62,458 nt of DNA, taken from Gemmatimonadaceae bacterium (GTDB lineage: Bacteria; Gemmatimonadota; Gemmatimonadetes; Gemmatimonadales; Gemmatimonadaceae). Both the position numbers and the translations under genes were made by a program. Position 1 is the first letter of the stretch; each line of letters opens with the position of its first letter. The DNA lies in the NCBI GenBank assembly GCA_041742675.1, contig JBGTOG010000366.1:1-62458 (forward strand). Direction: 5' to 3'. Positions 34,123 through 45,787 of the stretch are shown piece by piece. Below the pieces are notes generated by a model. It did not search any database. It had not been told where the DNA came from and worked only from the letters and a program-made list of their open reading frames with translations.

Positions 34123-35346
34123 TCAGGCAACCGCGCGAACCTCCGCAGGTGCAGCCACGGCGGTCGGCATGGTCCGGCACGACGGGTTGCGGCATCCAGG
34201 GCAACGTTCGCGATAGCGCGTGTGGTGGCGAAGCCCGGAACCCAGATGCGTGTGTACGAGATCGCCCAGCGCATCGAGAAACAACGGCGAATCATTAAGC
34301 GATGGTGCACGCTTGAAGCCTACGAGCCCCAGTTCGTGCGCCAGTTCACCGTACTCGATATCGATTTCGGAGAGCGTTTCGATATGATCGCTGGTAAACG
34401 CTACCGGTACCACGAGCACATTGCGGCGCTTGTCTGACGCGAGTCGCCGAATCATGGTTTCCGTAGACGGACCCAACCAGCGCACCGGACCGACTTCTGA
34501 CTGATACGTCAACATGTGCGGGTTGCGTGCGCCGAGCGCCTCCATGACACGCTCGACTGTGGCGCCAACTTCCTGCGGATATGCGTCGCCCCGATCAATG
34601 ACGCTGAGCGGCAGCGAATGCGCACTGAACATGAGCAGCACATCATCACGCTCGCGCGGTGCGTACTGCTGCAATCCGCGCCGCACCGTATCGGCCATGG
34701 CGCCAACGAACCCTGGGTGCGTAGGCCAGCGATCGATCAGGCTCCACTCGAACGCATCGCGCAGCCCGTTTCGGTCGAGCGCACGCCAGAGCTCGTTGAG
34801 GCTCGATCCCGTGGTCGTACAGGAATACTGCGGATACATCGACAGGGCGACCGCGCGAGTGATGCCGTCAGCTTGCATGGCACGCACGGCGTGATCAGAC
34901 GACGGTTCAACGTATCGGAACGAGACGTAGAACTTGTGCGGTGCCGTGTGTGGCGAGAGCACGTCGAGTCGGTCAACCAGGGCCTGCCCTTGCGTTTCCG
35001 TCCAGTGCAAAATGGGCGATCCGCCGCCTATCGCCTCGTACAGGGCGCGCACCTTGGGCGTTCGGCGCTTGGCAATGAAACGTCCCAGCACGTCCTGAAA
35101 TGGCAGCCGCAACAGCTCACGATCGGCGAACAGATTGAGCAAAAACGGCTCGACATCATCGAGCGTGCGCGGCCCGCCCATGTTCAGCAACACGATGCCC
35201 GTGCCGCCGCCGGGTCGAGAGATACGCTGCGCGGGAGTAGTCGAAAGCAAGGATGACCGTCGGCGTGATGTGGTCAGCGCGCTCGACTCCCCTTGAGCCG
35301 ACGCAGCAGATGACCAAAGCTCAGCACGGACGCTGGCAGCAACCAT
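34123..35346 (-). CDS. hemH: ferrochelatase
   Basis: 407-aa ORF. Motifs are GIVLLNMGGPRTLDDVEPFL, LSMYPQYSCTTTGS, LLMFSAHSLP and VAFTSDHIETL. The true start may lie downstream of 35346. Confidence 0.88.
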   Translation of the reverse strand: MVAASVRAELWSSAASAQGESSALTTSRRRSSLLSTTPAQRISRPGGGTGIVLLNMGGPRTLDDVEPFLLNLFADRELLRLPFQDVLGRFIAKRRTPKVRALYEAIGGGSPILHWTETQGQALVDRLDVLSPHTAPHKFYVSFRYVEPSSDHAVRAMQADGITRAVALSMYPQYSCTTTGSSLNELWRALDRNGLRDAFEWSLIDRWPTHPGFVGAMADTVRRGLQQYAPRERDDVLLMFSAHSLPLSVIDRGDAYPQEVGATVERVMEALGARNPHMLTYQSEVGPVRWLGPSTETMIRRLASDKRRNVLVVPVAFTSDHIETLSEIDIEYGELAHELGLVGFKRAPSLNDSPLFLDALGDLVHTHLGSGLRHHTRYRERCPGCRNPSCRTMPTAVAAPAEVRAVA

Positions 35347-35404
35347 TGGCAGCGCTACGGTAGTGCCTCAGTACTATTGCGGTGTTGAGATCTTCCGATC
35401 GGTG

Positions 35405-36796
<1,392 letters not shown>

Positions 36797-36850
36797 TCAA
36801 AGCCACAGCGCCCCATTGACCCCCTCAGCGCACTCTGCCACCGTTCATTC

Positions 36851-38062
36851 ATGTCCGCACGCCACGCTGTTACCCGCTCTCTCCCGGAGCGCGACCGACT
36901 CGCCCTGCGCCGCTGGCTGTTCGCGTCGATCGTGGCCGTCTTCCTGGTCGTGGCGGTGGGCGGCATTACGCGCCTCACGGAAAGTGGCCTGTCCATTACG
37001 GAGTGGAAGCCCGTCTCCGGCGTTCTGCCGCCGCTCTCCGAGGCCGCCTGGAACGATGCATTTGCGGAGTTCCAGAAGATTCCGCAGGCGCAAACCACAC
37101 ACCGGGACATAACGATGAGCGGATTCAAGCTCATCTTCTGGTGGGAATGGTTTCACCGACTGGTTGCGCGAGGGGTGGGATTAGTTTTTGCCATTCCGTA
37201 CTTGTGGGTGCTCGTACAGGGGCGCCTGCCATCGCGGCTGCGCATTCGGCTCGCACTGCTTCCGCTGCTTACACTCGCGCAGGGCGTGCTCGGTTGGTAC
37301 ATGGTGCAGAGCGGCCTTGTGGAGCGAAGCAGTGTCAGCGCGTACCGGTTGACGGCGCATCTCGCCCTGGCGCTTGGCATTCTGGCCGTCGCCGTGTGGA
37401 CGTACAGCGAACTGCGCCCGTCTCGGACGACGGGTGTCGACCCGAATGTTGACGCCGATCCGCATGCCGATCCTCACACCGATCGCGCGACGCTTGGTTG
37501 GCGTTGGGCGCTGGGTGGCATGACCGTACTTCTGGCCACCACGTTGCTCTCCGGCGGCTTTGTAGCGGGACTGCGGGCCGGCAAGATTTTCAACGAGTTT
37601 CCGCTCATGGGCGGTCGTATCGTGCCGCTCGGCTACGGACAGATGGGCGCCTGGTACATCAACGCATTCGAAAACCCGGCCGCCGCACAGTTTCATCATC
37701 GGGTGCTGGCGATTCTTGCAACGCTGGTCGCACTCATCCTCGTGTGGCGCGCTGTTCGCGCACCGCTTTCGCAACGTGTGCGTGAAAGCATCAACCGACT
37801 TGGCGCGGTCGTGAGTGTACAGCTGATGCTTGGCATTGCGACGCTCCTGATGGCCGTTCCTGTGGCCATGGGTGCGCTGCATCAGTTCACCGGTGTACTT
37901 GCGCTGACGGCTGTGTTGGTGGCCACACAGCGCGCCACAGGAATGACGTGGGCGACGGCGGCACCGGCTGCATCGGCAGACGACGCGTACCGGTCGTTGC
38001 CAGGAGTCCGTACACCTCGGACCATTGCCGCTGAGCGACCGGAACCGTCACTCCGCACCTGA
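36851..38062 (+). CDS. ctaA: heme A synthase (COX15/CtaA family)
   Basis: The ORF is open from 36770 and the ATG is at 36851. GGITRLTESGLSITEWKPVSG and FWWEWFHR are present. It is multi-TM with conserved His pairs (AHLALA, FHHRVLA, LHQFTG). Confidence 0.88.
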   Translation: MSARHAVTRSLPERDRLALRRWLFASIVAVFLVVAVGGITRLTESGLSITEWKPVSGVLPPLSEAAWNDAFAEFQKIPQAQTTHRDITMSGFKLIFWWEWFHRLVARGVGLVFAIPYLWVLVQGRLPSRLRIRLALLPLLTLAQGVLGWYMVQSGLVERSSVSAYRLTAHLALALGILAVAVWTYSELRPSRTTGVDPNVDADPHADPHTDRATLGWRWALGGMTVLLATTLLSGGFVAGLRAGKIFNEFPLMGGRIVPLGYGQMGAWYINAFENPAAAQFHHRVLAILATLVALILVWRAVRAPLSQRVRESINRLGAVVSVQLMLGIATLLMAVPVAMGALHQFTGVLALTAVLVATQRATGMTWATAAPAASADDAYRSLPGVRTPRTIAAERPEPSLRT

Positions 38063-38067
38063 CGAAG

Positions 38068-38526
38068 ATGAGTATGCATCCACCTGATGCACCAGGCGTG
38101 GCCTATCGTGTTGCGCAGCTCGGTGCATTTGGTGTCATGCTTGCCGGATTGTTTGATCTCGCGGTACCGCGATTGATGCCGCACCACGAGGCGTTCCTGC
38201 AGGTTGCCGCTGGCGGTGCGCCGGAACCCACGGCTGCGCTGGTGTTGCTCATGTTGCACATGCTTGGCGTCGCGCTGGCTGGTGTTGGCGTGGCGGGACT
38301 GGCGCTCTTGAGCGCCTGGCGCCGCACGGGAGATCGCACGAGTGCGTTGGCGGCCGCCGTGATCGTTGGCGTCGTGGCGACGACGCACGCGTGGGCGGTT
38401 CACACCGCGGGATCGGTGCTGTTTCTTGGTCCACTCGCAAGCGCGTTATTCGTGACGATCGGTGTTGGGCTGCTGCTCCGGCGTCGTTCGCACATCACGA
38501 ATGGCAAGCAACGTCAGACCGGTTAG
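38068..38526 (+). CDS. hypothetical integral membrane protein (about 4 TM)
   Basis: 152-aa ORF starting 5 nt after the ctaA stop. It has hydrophobic segments only and I recognise no family. Confidence 0.5.
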   Translation: MSMHPPDAPGVAYRVAQLGAFGVMLAGLFDLAVPRLMPHHEAFLQVAAGGAPEPTAALVLLMLHMLGVALAGVGVAGLALLSAWRRTGDRTSALAAAVIVGVVATTHAWAVHTAGSVLFLGPLASALFVTIGVGLLLRRRSHITNGKQRQTG

Positions 38527-38676
38527 CAACACGCTGCACCCCGCGAATACAACGCGCCCACCGATCTGATCGACGGCGTCAGGCAAGAGCGGGATGCCAC
38601 CGGAAATGCGCGGACACGCACCACACGCACCAAACCTCTTCCGGTCAGCGCGAGCGAGCTCTCAACTACTGCCGTC

Positions 38677-38928
38677 TCAGCCTGTCCGACGACGCTTGAG
38701 TTCCTCAACGACGCCACGGCGAGAGGCCGTCAGCGTTACCATCAGCGCGGCGGCCATTGCCAGCGTGGAGATGAAGACGGGCAAGTTGTCGCGCCAGTAG
38801 CCCAACACGATCCAGGCGAGGATGATCACGGCGAAAATACCGATCACCGTATTCTGGACTGTTTTGGCTCCCGACAGGTTTTTTTCAAGCTGCTCGATGG
38901 ACTGCTCGCTGAGCGGCGACTTGGCCAT
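38677..38928 (-). CDS. small hypothetical membrane protein (2 TM)
   Basis: 83-aa ORF downstream of, and co-directional with, the DUF3300 gene. The TM segments are VIGIFAVIILAWIVLGYW and VFISTLAMAAALMVTL. Confidence 0.45.
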   Translation of the reverse strand: MAKSPLSEQSIEQLEKNLSGAKTVQNTVIGIFAVIILAWIVLGYWRDNLPVFISTLAMAAALMVTLTASRRGVVEELKRRRTG

Positions 38929-39032
38929 GAGTTCCTCTGGGTGCGGGTCGCGATTCGTGCACGCGAGTGCGCGTTACACCCAGATGATACCGCGCGGGCA
39001 ACTGGCGGGCGAGCACGGGCCCGTGTTGTTGC

Positions 39033-40739
39033 TCAGTTCCGACGAATCGGCGTTCCGCGAAGTCCACCGCTGCCGCTGCCGCTGCCGATTCGGCTGGGTT
39101 GCGCACTTGGCGATGTGGTCGGGCGAGGGGCCGCCTTGGCTCGGGGTGCAGGTGCGGGCGCCGACCGCTGCTGAACACTGCGCTGTGGAGCGGAGCGCTG
39201 CACCTGAGGTTGCACGGTGCGTTGCTGCACGCTGCGTTGCTGGGTTTGCGGCTGCACTCCACGCTGCTGCACAATCCGTTGTTGCGTCTGCGGTTGTGTC
39301 TGCGTTCGGGGCTGGGTGCGCTGCTGAGGACGCAGTACGGTTGGCGCTGATCGCTGAACTGAACCGGGTGCCGGTTGTACTGAACGCGGAACTCGCTGCA
39401 AAGTACTCGGCGCTTGCTGTGCGGAACCGGGCGCGCGCTGCACCGATTGCCGCGACGACGTGACAGGTGTACCGCGCAACGGCTGGCCGGTAACGGCGGT
39501 GCCAGTGACCGGTCGAGCGGACGAGCGGATGACCTGGGCGCGCGTGTTGGCTGCAGGCGCAGCAGCTTCGGCCTGCCGTACCACCGACTGTCGCTGCGTG
39601 CTCGATGCACCGCTCCGTACCACCGCAGTGCGCACAGCGCTGCTCCGCACATCCGCGCTGCGGCCTGTGGTCTCCGACGCATCGCGAGCGCGGCGCTCGA
39701 CGAACAGCCGCGTGGGCTCGTCGGAGGACGCACCCGCGGCGCGCGCTTGTGTACTGACCGCTGCATTGATGCGCGCGTTGCGCTGTGCTTCGAGTCGCTG
39801 ATCGGCTGCGCGTTCCACGGTGCGTGTTACTGCTCCAGCGCGTGCCGATCGTGCCGCCTCGTTGGACCCTCGCTGCGCGAATGACACATCGCGATGAACC
39901 CGCGCGTATCGATCAACCTTGCCGTAATCGATCGGGCGCTGGTGCACCGCACGATTGACGTAGACGTTCGTGTATCGTGGACTGACGTAGAACGTGTTGA
40001 TGTTGATGAACGGGAACGACCGCGCCCGCCAGCCACCACCATACCCGAAGTGGGAATGATTCCAGCCGTGATAGAACACGGAGCGCATGCGCCAGTCCAT
40101 ATCGTACATCAGCCAGCTGCCAATGGGAAAGCCGATGCCGAATGACCAGTAGCGGCTGCTGAACATGGAGCCGAACACCGGGCGATAGTAGATCGCCCAC
40201 GGATCATACACCGGCACATAAATCACCTGTGGCTGTGCCGGTACGATGACATAGTGGTTGTCTTCCTGAAACACCTGCTGCTGTTCGGTACTCACCAGAT
40301 TGCCGTGTGAGTCCGCGAGCGCACGCATGCGCTGCACGGCCAGCATGACATCGGTGGACTGATACGCATAGGCGCGGCCAAGCGTAGCCGTCCAGTCAAT
40401 CTGGTCATCCATCATGTTGAGCGCCGATGGATAGTGTGCAATGGATCGCACACTGACATCCCACCCCATCTCATCCAGGTCCGCGGTACCGTTTGCACGG
40501 ACCCACGCGGCCGCTTCTTCAACCTGATCCGGAAACGTTGCGGCGACGAGCACCTGCGCGAGCAGTGGATCGGGATATAGCGCAATGGGGCTGACCAGAT
40601 TGTCCAACTGCTCGGCCGAGTAGCGCTGCAGTTCAGCATCGGTCGGCGTGTAGGCCGGTGTCTGCGCGGCGACTGGCGACTGGGCCATCAAGAGGCCAAT
40701 GACCAGCGCGATCGTCGCGCGAGCGGGAGTACGAATCAT
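39033..40739 (-). CDS. DUF3300-family secreted protein with Q/R-rich low-complexity tail
   Basis: 568-aa ORF with signal MIRTPARATIALVIGLLMAQSPVAAQ. The DUF3300 signature is LVSPIALYPDPLLAQVLVAATFPDQVEEAAAWV. Confidence 0.8.
   Translation of the reverse strand: MIRTPARATIALVIGLLMAQSPVAAQTPAYTPTDAELQRYSAEQLDNLVSPIALYPDPLLAQVLVAATFPDQVEEAAAWVRANGTADLDEMGWDVSVRSIAHYPSALNMMDDQIDWTATLGRAYAYQSTDVMLAVQRMRALADSHGNLVSTEQQQVFQEDNHYVIVPAQPQVIYVPVYDPWAIYYRPVFGSMFSSRYWSFGIGFPIGSWLMYDMDWRMRSVFYHGWNHSHFGYGGGWRARSFPFININTFYVSPRYTNVYVNRAVHQRPIDYGKVDRYARVHRDVSFAQRGSNEAARSARAGAVTRTVERAADQRLEAQRNARINAAVSTQARAAGASSDEPTRLFVERRARDASETTGRSADVRSSAVRTAVVRSGASSTQRQSVVRQAEAAAPAANTRAQVIRSSARPVTGTAVTGQPLRGTPVTSSRQSVQRAPGSAQQAPSTLQRVPRSVQPAPGSVQRSAPTVLRPQQRTQPRTQTQPQTQQRIVQQRGVQPQTQQRSVQQRTVQPQVQRSAPQRSVQQRSAPAPAPRAKAAPRPTTSPSAQPSRIGSGSGSGGLRGTPIRRN
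39162..39332 (-). repeat. coding low-complexity repeat (QQR-x-VQ units) in the DUF3300 tail
   Basis: The translation is QQRTQPRTQTQPQTQQRIVQQRGVQPQTQQRSVQQRTVQPQVQRSAPQRSVQQRS. The DNA shows reiterated ctgctgcac/ttgctg units. Confidence 0.7.
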
Positions 40740-40841
40740 GGTGCCACCTCGGGTAGGTTCGCAACGACGCGCGCGAACTGGTCTGACGAAGTGTACCCCA
40801 TGTCACAGAAAGGGTTCTGGTTGCGCCGCGGCGCGATCCAC

Positions 40842-42509
40842 TCAGGCCAACGCAAGTCGGTCTGCGAGTCCACTGGTGCGTCCCGTAGAACGACCAACGG
40901 CACCCGCCACGGCAGATTCGCTGCCTGTCAGGATCACACGCTGCCGCGCGCGTGTCACTGCCGTGTAGAGCAGTTCACGATTCAGCACCCGGCTTTCGCG
41001 CTCCGGCAGTACGATCAGTACATCGTCGAACTCGGATCCCTGCGACTTGTGCACGGTCATGGCCCACGCCGTCTCCACGGTGGGCAACCGCACCGGCGCA
41101 ATCGCGCGTACGCTGCCGTCGCTGGTGCGAAAATACACCGAAACGCTGCCGGACTCTCGCCATACGACGCCCAGGTCACCATTGAACACGTTTGTCGTGT
41201 AATCGTTGGCCGTGACGAGCACAGGACGGCCATGGTACCACACGTCGTGTACGGGGTGGCCACGGCGAGTGAGCCAGCGCTCGACCGCACGATTCAGGCC
41301 CATCACACCCAGCCGCCCTTCGCGTTCAGGTGCCAGTACGCGAAACTGCTCCAAGGCGGACAACATCTCGGCTGGTGAGGTCGCCGCCAGGGAGCGCTCG
41401 AGGTGCGCGACGAGTGGCTCCAGCAAGTCCTCGGTTCTTCCCGGATGTTCGCGCAGCTGCACATTTGGAAACGAATCGTCACGACACACGCGCAGGACCT
41501 GTTCGTGATCGCCGCCCAGCATGGCCAACGCGAGTGCGCCAATCGCCGGCTGTTGCTCGAAGCGCCAACTGCGCGTGAGCACCGTCATGCAGCGCCGCAG
41601 CGCGGACTCGGGCGCTGCCGCCGCCGCTGAGCGACAGAGAGCACCCAGTACATCGCCAGCATCTACACTGGCCAATTGATAATGATCACCAACGAGCATG
41701 AGTCGTGCACCAGGCTTGATCGCGCGCAGCAGCGCGTCGAGCATAAGTACGTCTACCATGCTGGCTTCGTCAACGATGATCACATCGTCGTCGAGCGGCT
41801 CCTCATGGTTTCTGCGATATCGATCGGTGGCCGGACTGTAGGCAAGCAGCCGATGCAGCGTACGCGCCTCGCCCGGATCATCCGGCTGACTCCGCGATTG
41901 CGCCGCCATCTCGGCCAAACGCAAGGAAATGGATTCTGTCAGCCGTGCGGCCGCTTTGCCGGTGGGTGCCGCAAGGGCAATGCGCAGCGATGGCGACGAA
42001 CGCGTGAGATCGAGCAGCCGCCGAGCAACGTGCGTGGTTTTTCCGGTGCCAGGACCACCGGTGACAATGCTGAATCCGGGGACACCATCTACTTCAGGTT
42101 GCGCGAGCAGTTCGTGAATGCGCGACGCGATGCGCCGCTCGGCATCGAAGTACCGTCGGAACTGCAGCAGCTCATCGATGCGAACAAGCGGGGTCTTGCT
42201 GTCCGGTAGTCCGACGATTGAAGACGGACCAAGTTGTTCTCTCCACCACGACGTGGGCTCATCTACAAACTCGGCAGCCTGTTCGGCAAGTTGCGACAAC
42301 GTGATGGCACTGTGCCCCTCACGCTTCGCGCGGCTGGTGAGTGCCGTCGCCAGTGAAGTCGCGAGCGCCGCCGCTGATTCAAGTCCACTGCGCCGCAGCA
42401 GTGTCGTCGCCAACTGCACGTCAATGGCTTCGATTGCACCGGCTGCGCGCATTGCATCGAGCAGTGGTCCAGCTTCACGTGACAGCGTCGTCGAGACTGT
42501 TGTGCTCAT
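40842..42509 (-). CDS. recD: exodeoxyribonuclease V alpha subunit
   Basis: 555-aa ORF whose ATG overlaps the recB stop (ATGA). Motifs are VTGGPGTGKTT, IIVDEASMVD, LVGDHYQLASV and MTVHKSQGSEFD. Confidence 0.9.
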   Translation of the reverse strand: MSTTVSTTLSREAGPLLDAMRAAGAIEAIDVQLATTLLRRSGLESAAALATSLATALTSRAKREGHSAITLSQLAEQAAEFVDEPTSWWREQLGPSSIVGLPDSKTPLVRIDELLQFRRYFDAERRIASRIHELLAQPEVDGVPGFSIVTGGPGTGKTTHVARRLLDLTRSSPSLRIALAAPTGKAAARLTESISLRLAEMAAQSRSQPDDPGEARTLHRLLAYSPATDRYRRNHEEPLDDDVIIVDEASMVDVLMLDALLRAIKPGARLMLVGDHYQLASVDAGDVLGALCRSAAAAAPESALRRCMTVLTRSWRFEQQPAIGALALAMLGGDHEQVLRVCRDDSFPNVQLREHPGRTEDLLEPLVAHLERSLAATSPAEMLSALEQFRVLAPEREGRLGVMGLNRAVERWLTRRGHPVHDVWYHGRPVLVTANDYTTNVFNGDLGVVWRESGSVSVYFRTSDGSVRAIAPVRLPTVETAWAMTVHKSQGSEFDDVLIVLPERESRVLNRELLYTAVTRARQRVILTGSESAVAGAVGRSTGRTSGLADRLALA

Positions 42510-45500
42510 ACTCGCCTCCCGAGCGCCGCGTCCAGCGCGAGCAACAGCTCCGGTGACGGCGCATCAACAAACCAACCGTTCTCGCCGATTCCTGTGACGC
42601 CTCGAAGGAAGACGTACGCTATCCCGCCAAAGTGTTGAGCGGGATCGTAGCCTGGCTGACGCACTTGCAGGTGGCGATGCAGCGCCAGTGCATACAGGTG
42701 GTACTGGAGCGTGTAGTGTCCGTTCATCATTGCCGCTGCGAGGCGCTCCGGTGCGTAATCGTGATCATCATTGCCGAGGTGGTTCGATTTCCAGTCCACG
42801 ATCCACCAGCGTCCCTCATGTTCCAGCGCCACGTCAATCACGCCACTCAGGTAGCCACCAACCGCTGATTCCCGCAGTGTACGCAACACCGGCGCGTACA
42901 ACTTCGCGTGCGCTGCACCGTACGATTCCAGGACATCGGCAATGCGTCGCGTAGAGGCTGTTGATAGCGACAGGTCAAAGCGCCATTCGCGAAGTTGCTG
43001 ATGAGGCGCGACATCTGCCAGCGCGAAATCCGCGTGCGGCACGGTTGCCTGGCAGACCGTGCGAACCATCTCCGTGACGTCAATCACCCGCGATGCTGCG
43101 TTTAGATCATTGGGAATCGGCGATGCCGCGCCGACATCACGGGTGCTGTCGCCAGAGCCAACGGCGTCGTGCAACCCGTGCGTGCGAAGCGTGCGCTGCA
43201 CGATGGGACTGACGTGCGCGTCGGTTGCGCGGGTGAAATCCACCTGCTCGAAAAGTTCATGCAGCGCCACACCCGCTTTGATACCTGCTGGGAATGCCCT
43301 GAACCCCGTTGCATTGCCCCGCGTTGCAAAGCTGGCAGGAGAAAGTGCAGGATCGGCAACATCACGCGCTTCTTCTGTGGCCGACTCCACGCCGGATGCG
43401 TCGCTCGCGAGCTGAGTGAAGCTGCTCGAGCGCCAGGTGTCGAGCTGTCCGCGCGAGAGGTGCAGCTCGCTCGCGTTCAGCGGCGTTGCACCCACTGAAG
43501 CGCGTGGCAGTCGACTTGGCGCCGTGTTACCGTCGATTGTTCGAAGCCGCATGGCGCCCTCTGATAGTGCCACCAGCTCCTGCAGCGCCCGCTCGTACGT
43601 CGCGCCATGATCTCCGCGAAGCAGGTGGCCGAGTGCGGAGTCGCCGGCCGCGTTGCCTTGGCCGATTTCGCCGAAGGCCACGTACGTACGGTGCACGCCG
43701 CGCGTGAGTGCCACATACGCCAGTCGCAGTGCTTCTGCTTGTTCTTCTGCGTTGCAGTGCAACTCCCGCTCGGCATAGTGCGCCGAACCGAGATCGAGGA
43801 CCGCGTGCTCATCGTCCACTGCCAACACGGGCGTCACACCAAGCGGGCCTTTGCTCGTGGTGTGCGTCGACCAGAGCGACGGACAAAACACGACATCGAA
43901 CTGCAGCCCCTTGGACTTGTGGATCGTCAGGATCTGCACCGCTTCGCTATCGGTTTCGAGCCGGAGTTCGCGGCGGTCCGGCGTGTTGGGCACCAGTCGC
44001 TCACGTGCCATCCAGATGGCCATCGCTTCCGGTGCCGTGCCATCAATGGCCCAGGCGTCGTGCCAGAGCTCCATGATGTGCCGCACATTGGTGAGCCGTC
44101 GTTCGCCGTCAGGAAGCGCGAGCAGGCGCGTCGAGGTGTTTCGCTTACTGAGCAGCTCTCCGATGGCCACCGCCACGCCTCGCGCGCGCCACGCGTCGCG
44201 CGCACTGCTGAACATCGAAGAGGTACTCAACCATTCCGCTTCGCCGTCGGATTGCAGTGTGGCGGCAACCATCGTCGCGTCACTGCCCCAGAGTCGCGTT
44301 GCCATGGCGGCGCGCACCGCACGCCCGTCTGACGGAGCGGCGATCGCAGCGGCGAGACGCAGCAACTCCTCGGCTTCCTCTGACGCCAGGACATCTGCGT
44401 CGCCGCCAATCACCGCTGGAATGCGCGCTTTGTCGAGCGCGGACTTGAGATCACGCGCTTCCCGGTTGCTTCGCACCAGAATCGCAACCGAGCCGAGTGC
44501 CAGTCCACCGCTGTGGAGCGAAACGATTTCATTGACGATCTCACACGCCAGCAACTCAAGCGCACGGTCCTTCGAGACCATCTTCCCTGTTGCACCAAGG
44601 GACGCCGGCAGCCACCACCATTCGAGCGCGGCGCCGCCGTCCGTTGCCAGTTGGCCGGGAGGCGTTGGCTGCGTGGCCGCCGTGACGAGCGGATAGCCGA
44701 TCTGACTCTCGGGCACGAGAAACGGATCGGGAGCGCGTGTGAACAATTGTTCGACGGCGGACACATGCGCCTGCGAGCTGCGATAGTTCCCGAGCAATGT
44801 GTACGTGCGTTCCGCTGACTGCACCGCGCGCAAATACGCGTGAATGTCGGCGCCACGAAAGCGAAAAATGGACTGCTTGGGATCTCCGATCAGAAACAGC
44901 GGACACCCGTGAAAGGCAGTGGAAAAAATCGGGAATTGAGTGCGATCGGTATCCTGAAACTCATCGATCAGTGCGGCGCTGAAGCGCGTCCGAATGCGTT
45001 GGGCCAGCGGACCGGCCGGGCCCTCAGACTCAAGCACATCGGCCAATTTGCGCAGCAGGTCGTCGAAGCCGAGCAGATGGCGGCGGTCCTTTTCGTCATC
45101 GAATGCGTTGGCGACATACATGACGAAATCCTTCACCAGCGTTTGATCGGGTGCGTCGGGGCTGAGCGCGATCTGCGTGTCCGACTGCCGGCGATACGGC
45201 ATGACAAACGGCTTGATCCACGCTTCCACGCTGCCGCCATCATCCGCAATGCGTTCCGCCGCTATGTGATCATTGAGCAGTCGTGTGCGTGCCCAGTCTC
45301 TGGCGGCCCGGCTGAGCGGCTCGGTTTCGTCCTGGATGAATGTGGTGCGAAACGGGATGCGGCTCTCGAGCGCACTCTCGGCGAGAATGCGTTGGCAGAA
45401 TCCGTGAATGGTGGAGACGGCCAGATCATCAAGTGATCCGATAGCGCGATCAATGATCGCGCGCCCCTCGCTCCCGTGTCGCTCGCGGAGCAGAAACAGA

Positions 45501-45787
45501 TCATTGTTCGTCGCATCACGCGCCGGTGGAGCATCACTCCACACGCGCTCCGCCAGGCGCAGTGTCTGTCGAATGCGCGTGACCAGTTCCTGCGTGGCCT
45601 TCACCGTGAACGTGACGATAAGGACTTGTGAGAGCTGATCAACCTTGCGCTCGAGCAGCAGGCGCAGCAACAGGCGCGTGATAGCAAACGTTTTGCCCGT
45701 GCCAGCGCTGGCCTCAACGAGCGTGATGCCCGGTTCGAGCGGTACCTCCAGCGTTTCGAAGGGCAGCGCATCGTGTGCGGCGCTCAT
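42506..45787 (-). CDS. recB: exodeoxyribonuclease V beta subunit (UvrD-like helicase plus PD-(D/E)xK nuclease)
   Basis: The ATG at 45787 overlaps the recC stop (ATGA). Motifs are LVEASAGTGKTF, IDEFQDTD and TIHKSKGLQFDVVF. The C-terminal nuclease motif is GVIDVALEHEGRWWIVDWKSN. Confidence 0.92.
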   Translation of the reverse strand: MSAAHDALPFETLEVPLEPGITLVEASAGTGKTFAITRLLLRLLLERKVDQLSQVLIVTFTVKATQELVTRIRQTLRLAERVWSDAPPARDATNNDLFLLRERHGSEGRAIIDRAIGSLDDLAVSTIHGFCQRILAESALESRIPFRTTFIQDETEPLSRAARDWARTRLLNDHIAAERIADDGGSVEAWIKPFVMPYRRQSDTQIALSPDAPDQTLVKDFVMYVANAFDDEKDRRHLLGFDDLLRKLADVLESEGPAGPLAQRIRTRFSAALIDEFQDTDRTQFPIFSTAFHGCPLFLIGDPKQSIFRFRGADIHAYLRAVQSAERTYTLLGNYRSSQAHVSAVEQLFTRAPDPFLVPESQIGYPLVTAATQPTPPGQLATDGGAALEWWWLPASLGATGKMVSKDRALELLACEIVNEIVSLHSGGLALGSVAILVRSNREARDLKSALDKARIPAVIGGDADVLASEEAEELLRLAAAIAAPSDGRAVRAAMATRLWGSDATMVAATLQSDGEAEWLSTSSMFSSARDAWRARGVAVAIGELLSKRNTSTRLLALPDGERRLTNVRHIMELWHDAWAIDGTAPEAMAIWMARERLVPNTPDRRELRLETDSEAVQILTIHKSKGLQFDVVFCPSLWSTHTTSKGPLGVTPVLAVDDEHAVLDLGSAHYAERELHCNAEEQAEALRLAYVALTRGVHRTYVAFGEIGQGNAAGDSALGHLLRGDHGATYERALQELVALSEGAMRLRTIDGNTAPSRLPRASVGATPLNASELHLSRGQLDTWRSSSFTQLASDASGVESATEEARDVADPALSPASFATRGNATGFRAFPAGIKAGVALHELFEQVDFTRATDAHVSPIVQRTLRTHGLHDAVGSGDSTRDVGAASPIPNDLNAASRVIDVTEMVRTVCQATVPHADFALADVAPHQQLREWRFDLSLSTASTRRIADVLESYGAAHAKLYAPVLRTLRESAVGGYLSGVIDVALEHEGRWWIVDWKSNHLGNDDHDYAPERLAAAMMNGHYTLQYHLYALALHRHLQVRQPGYDPAQHFGGIAYVFLRGVTGIGENGWFVDAPSPELLLALDAALGRRV

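Noticed and set aside
33412-34437. A 341-aa plus-strand ORF
   Set aside because: It is antisense to hemA and the hemH 3' end. The translation is Ser/Arg/Ala-rich with no family resemblance.
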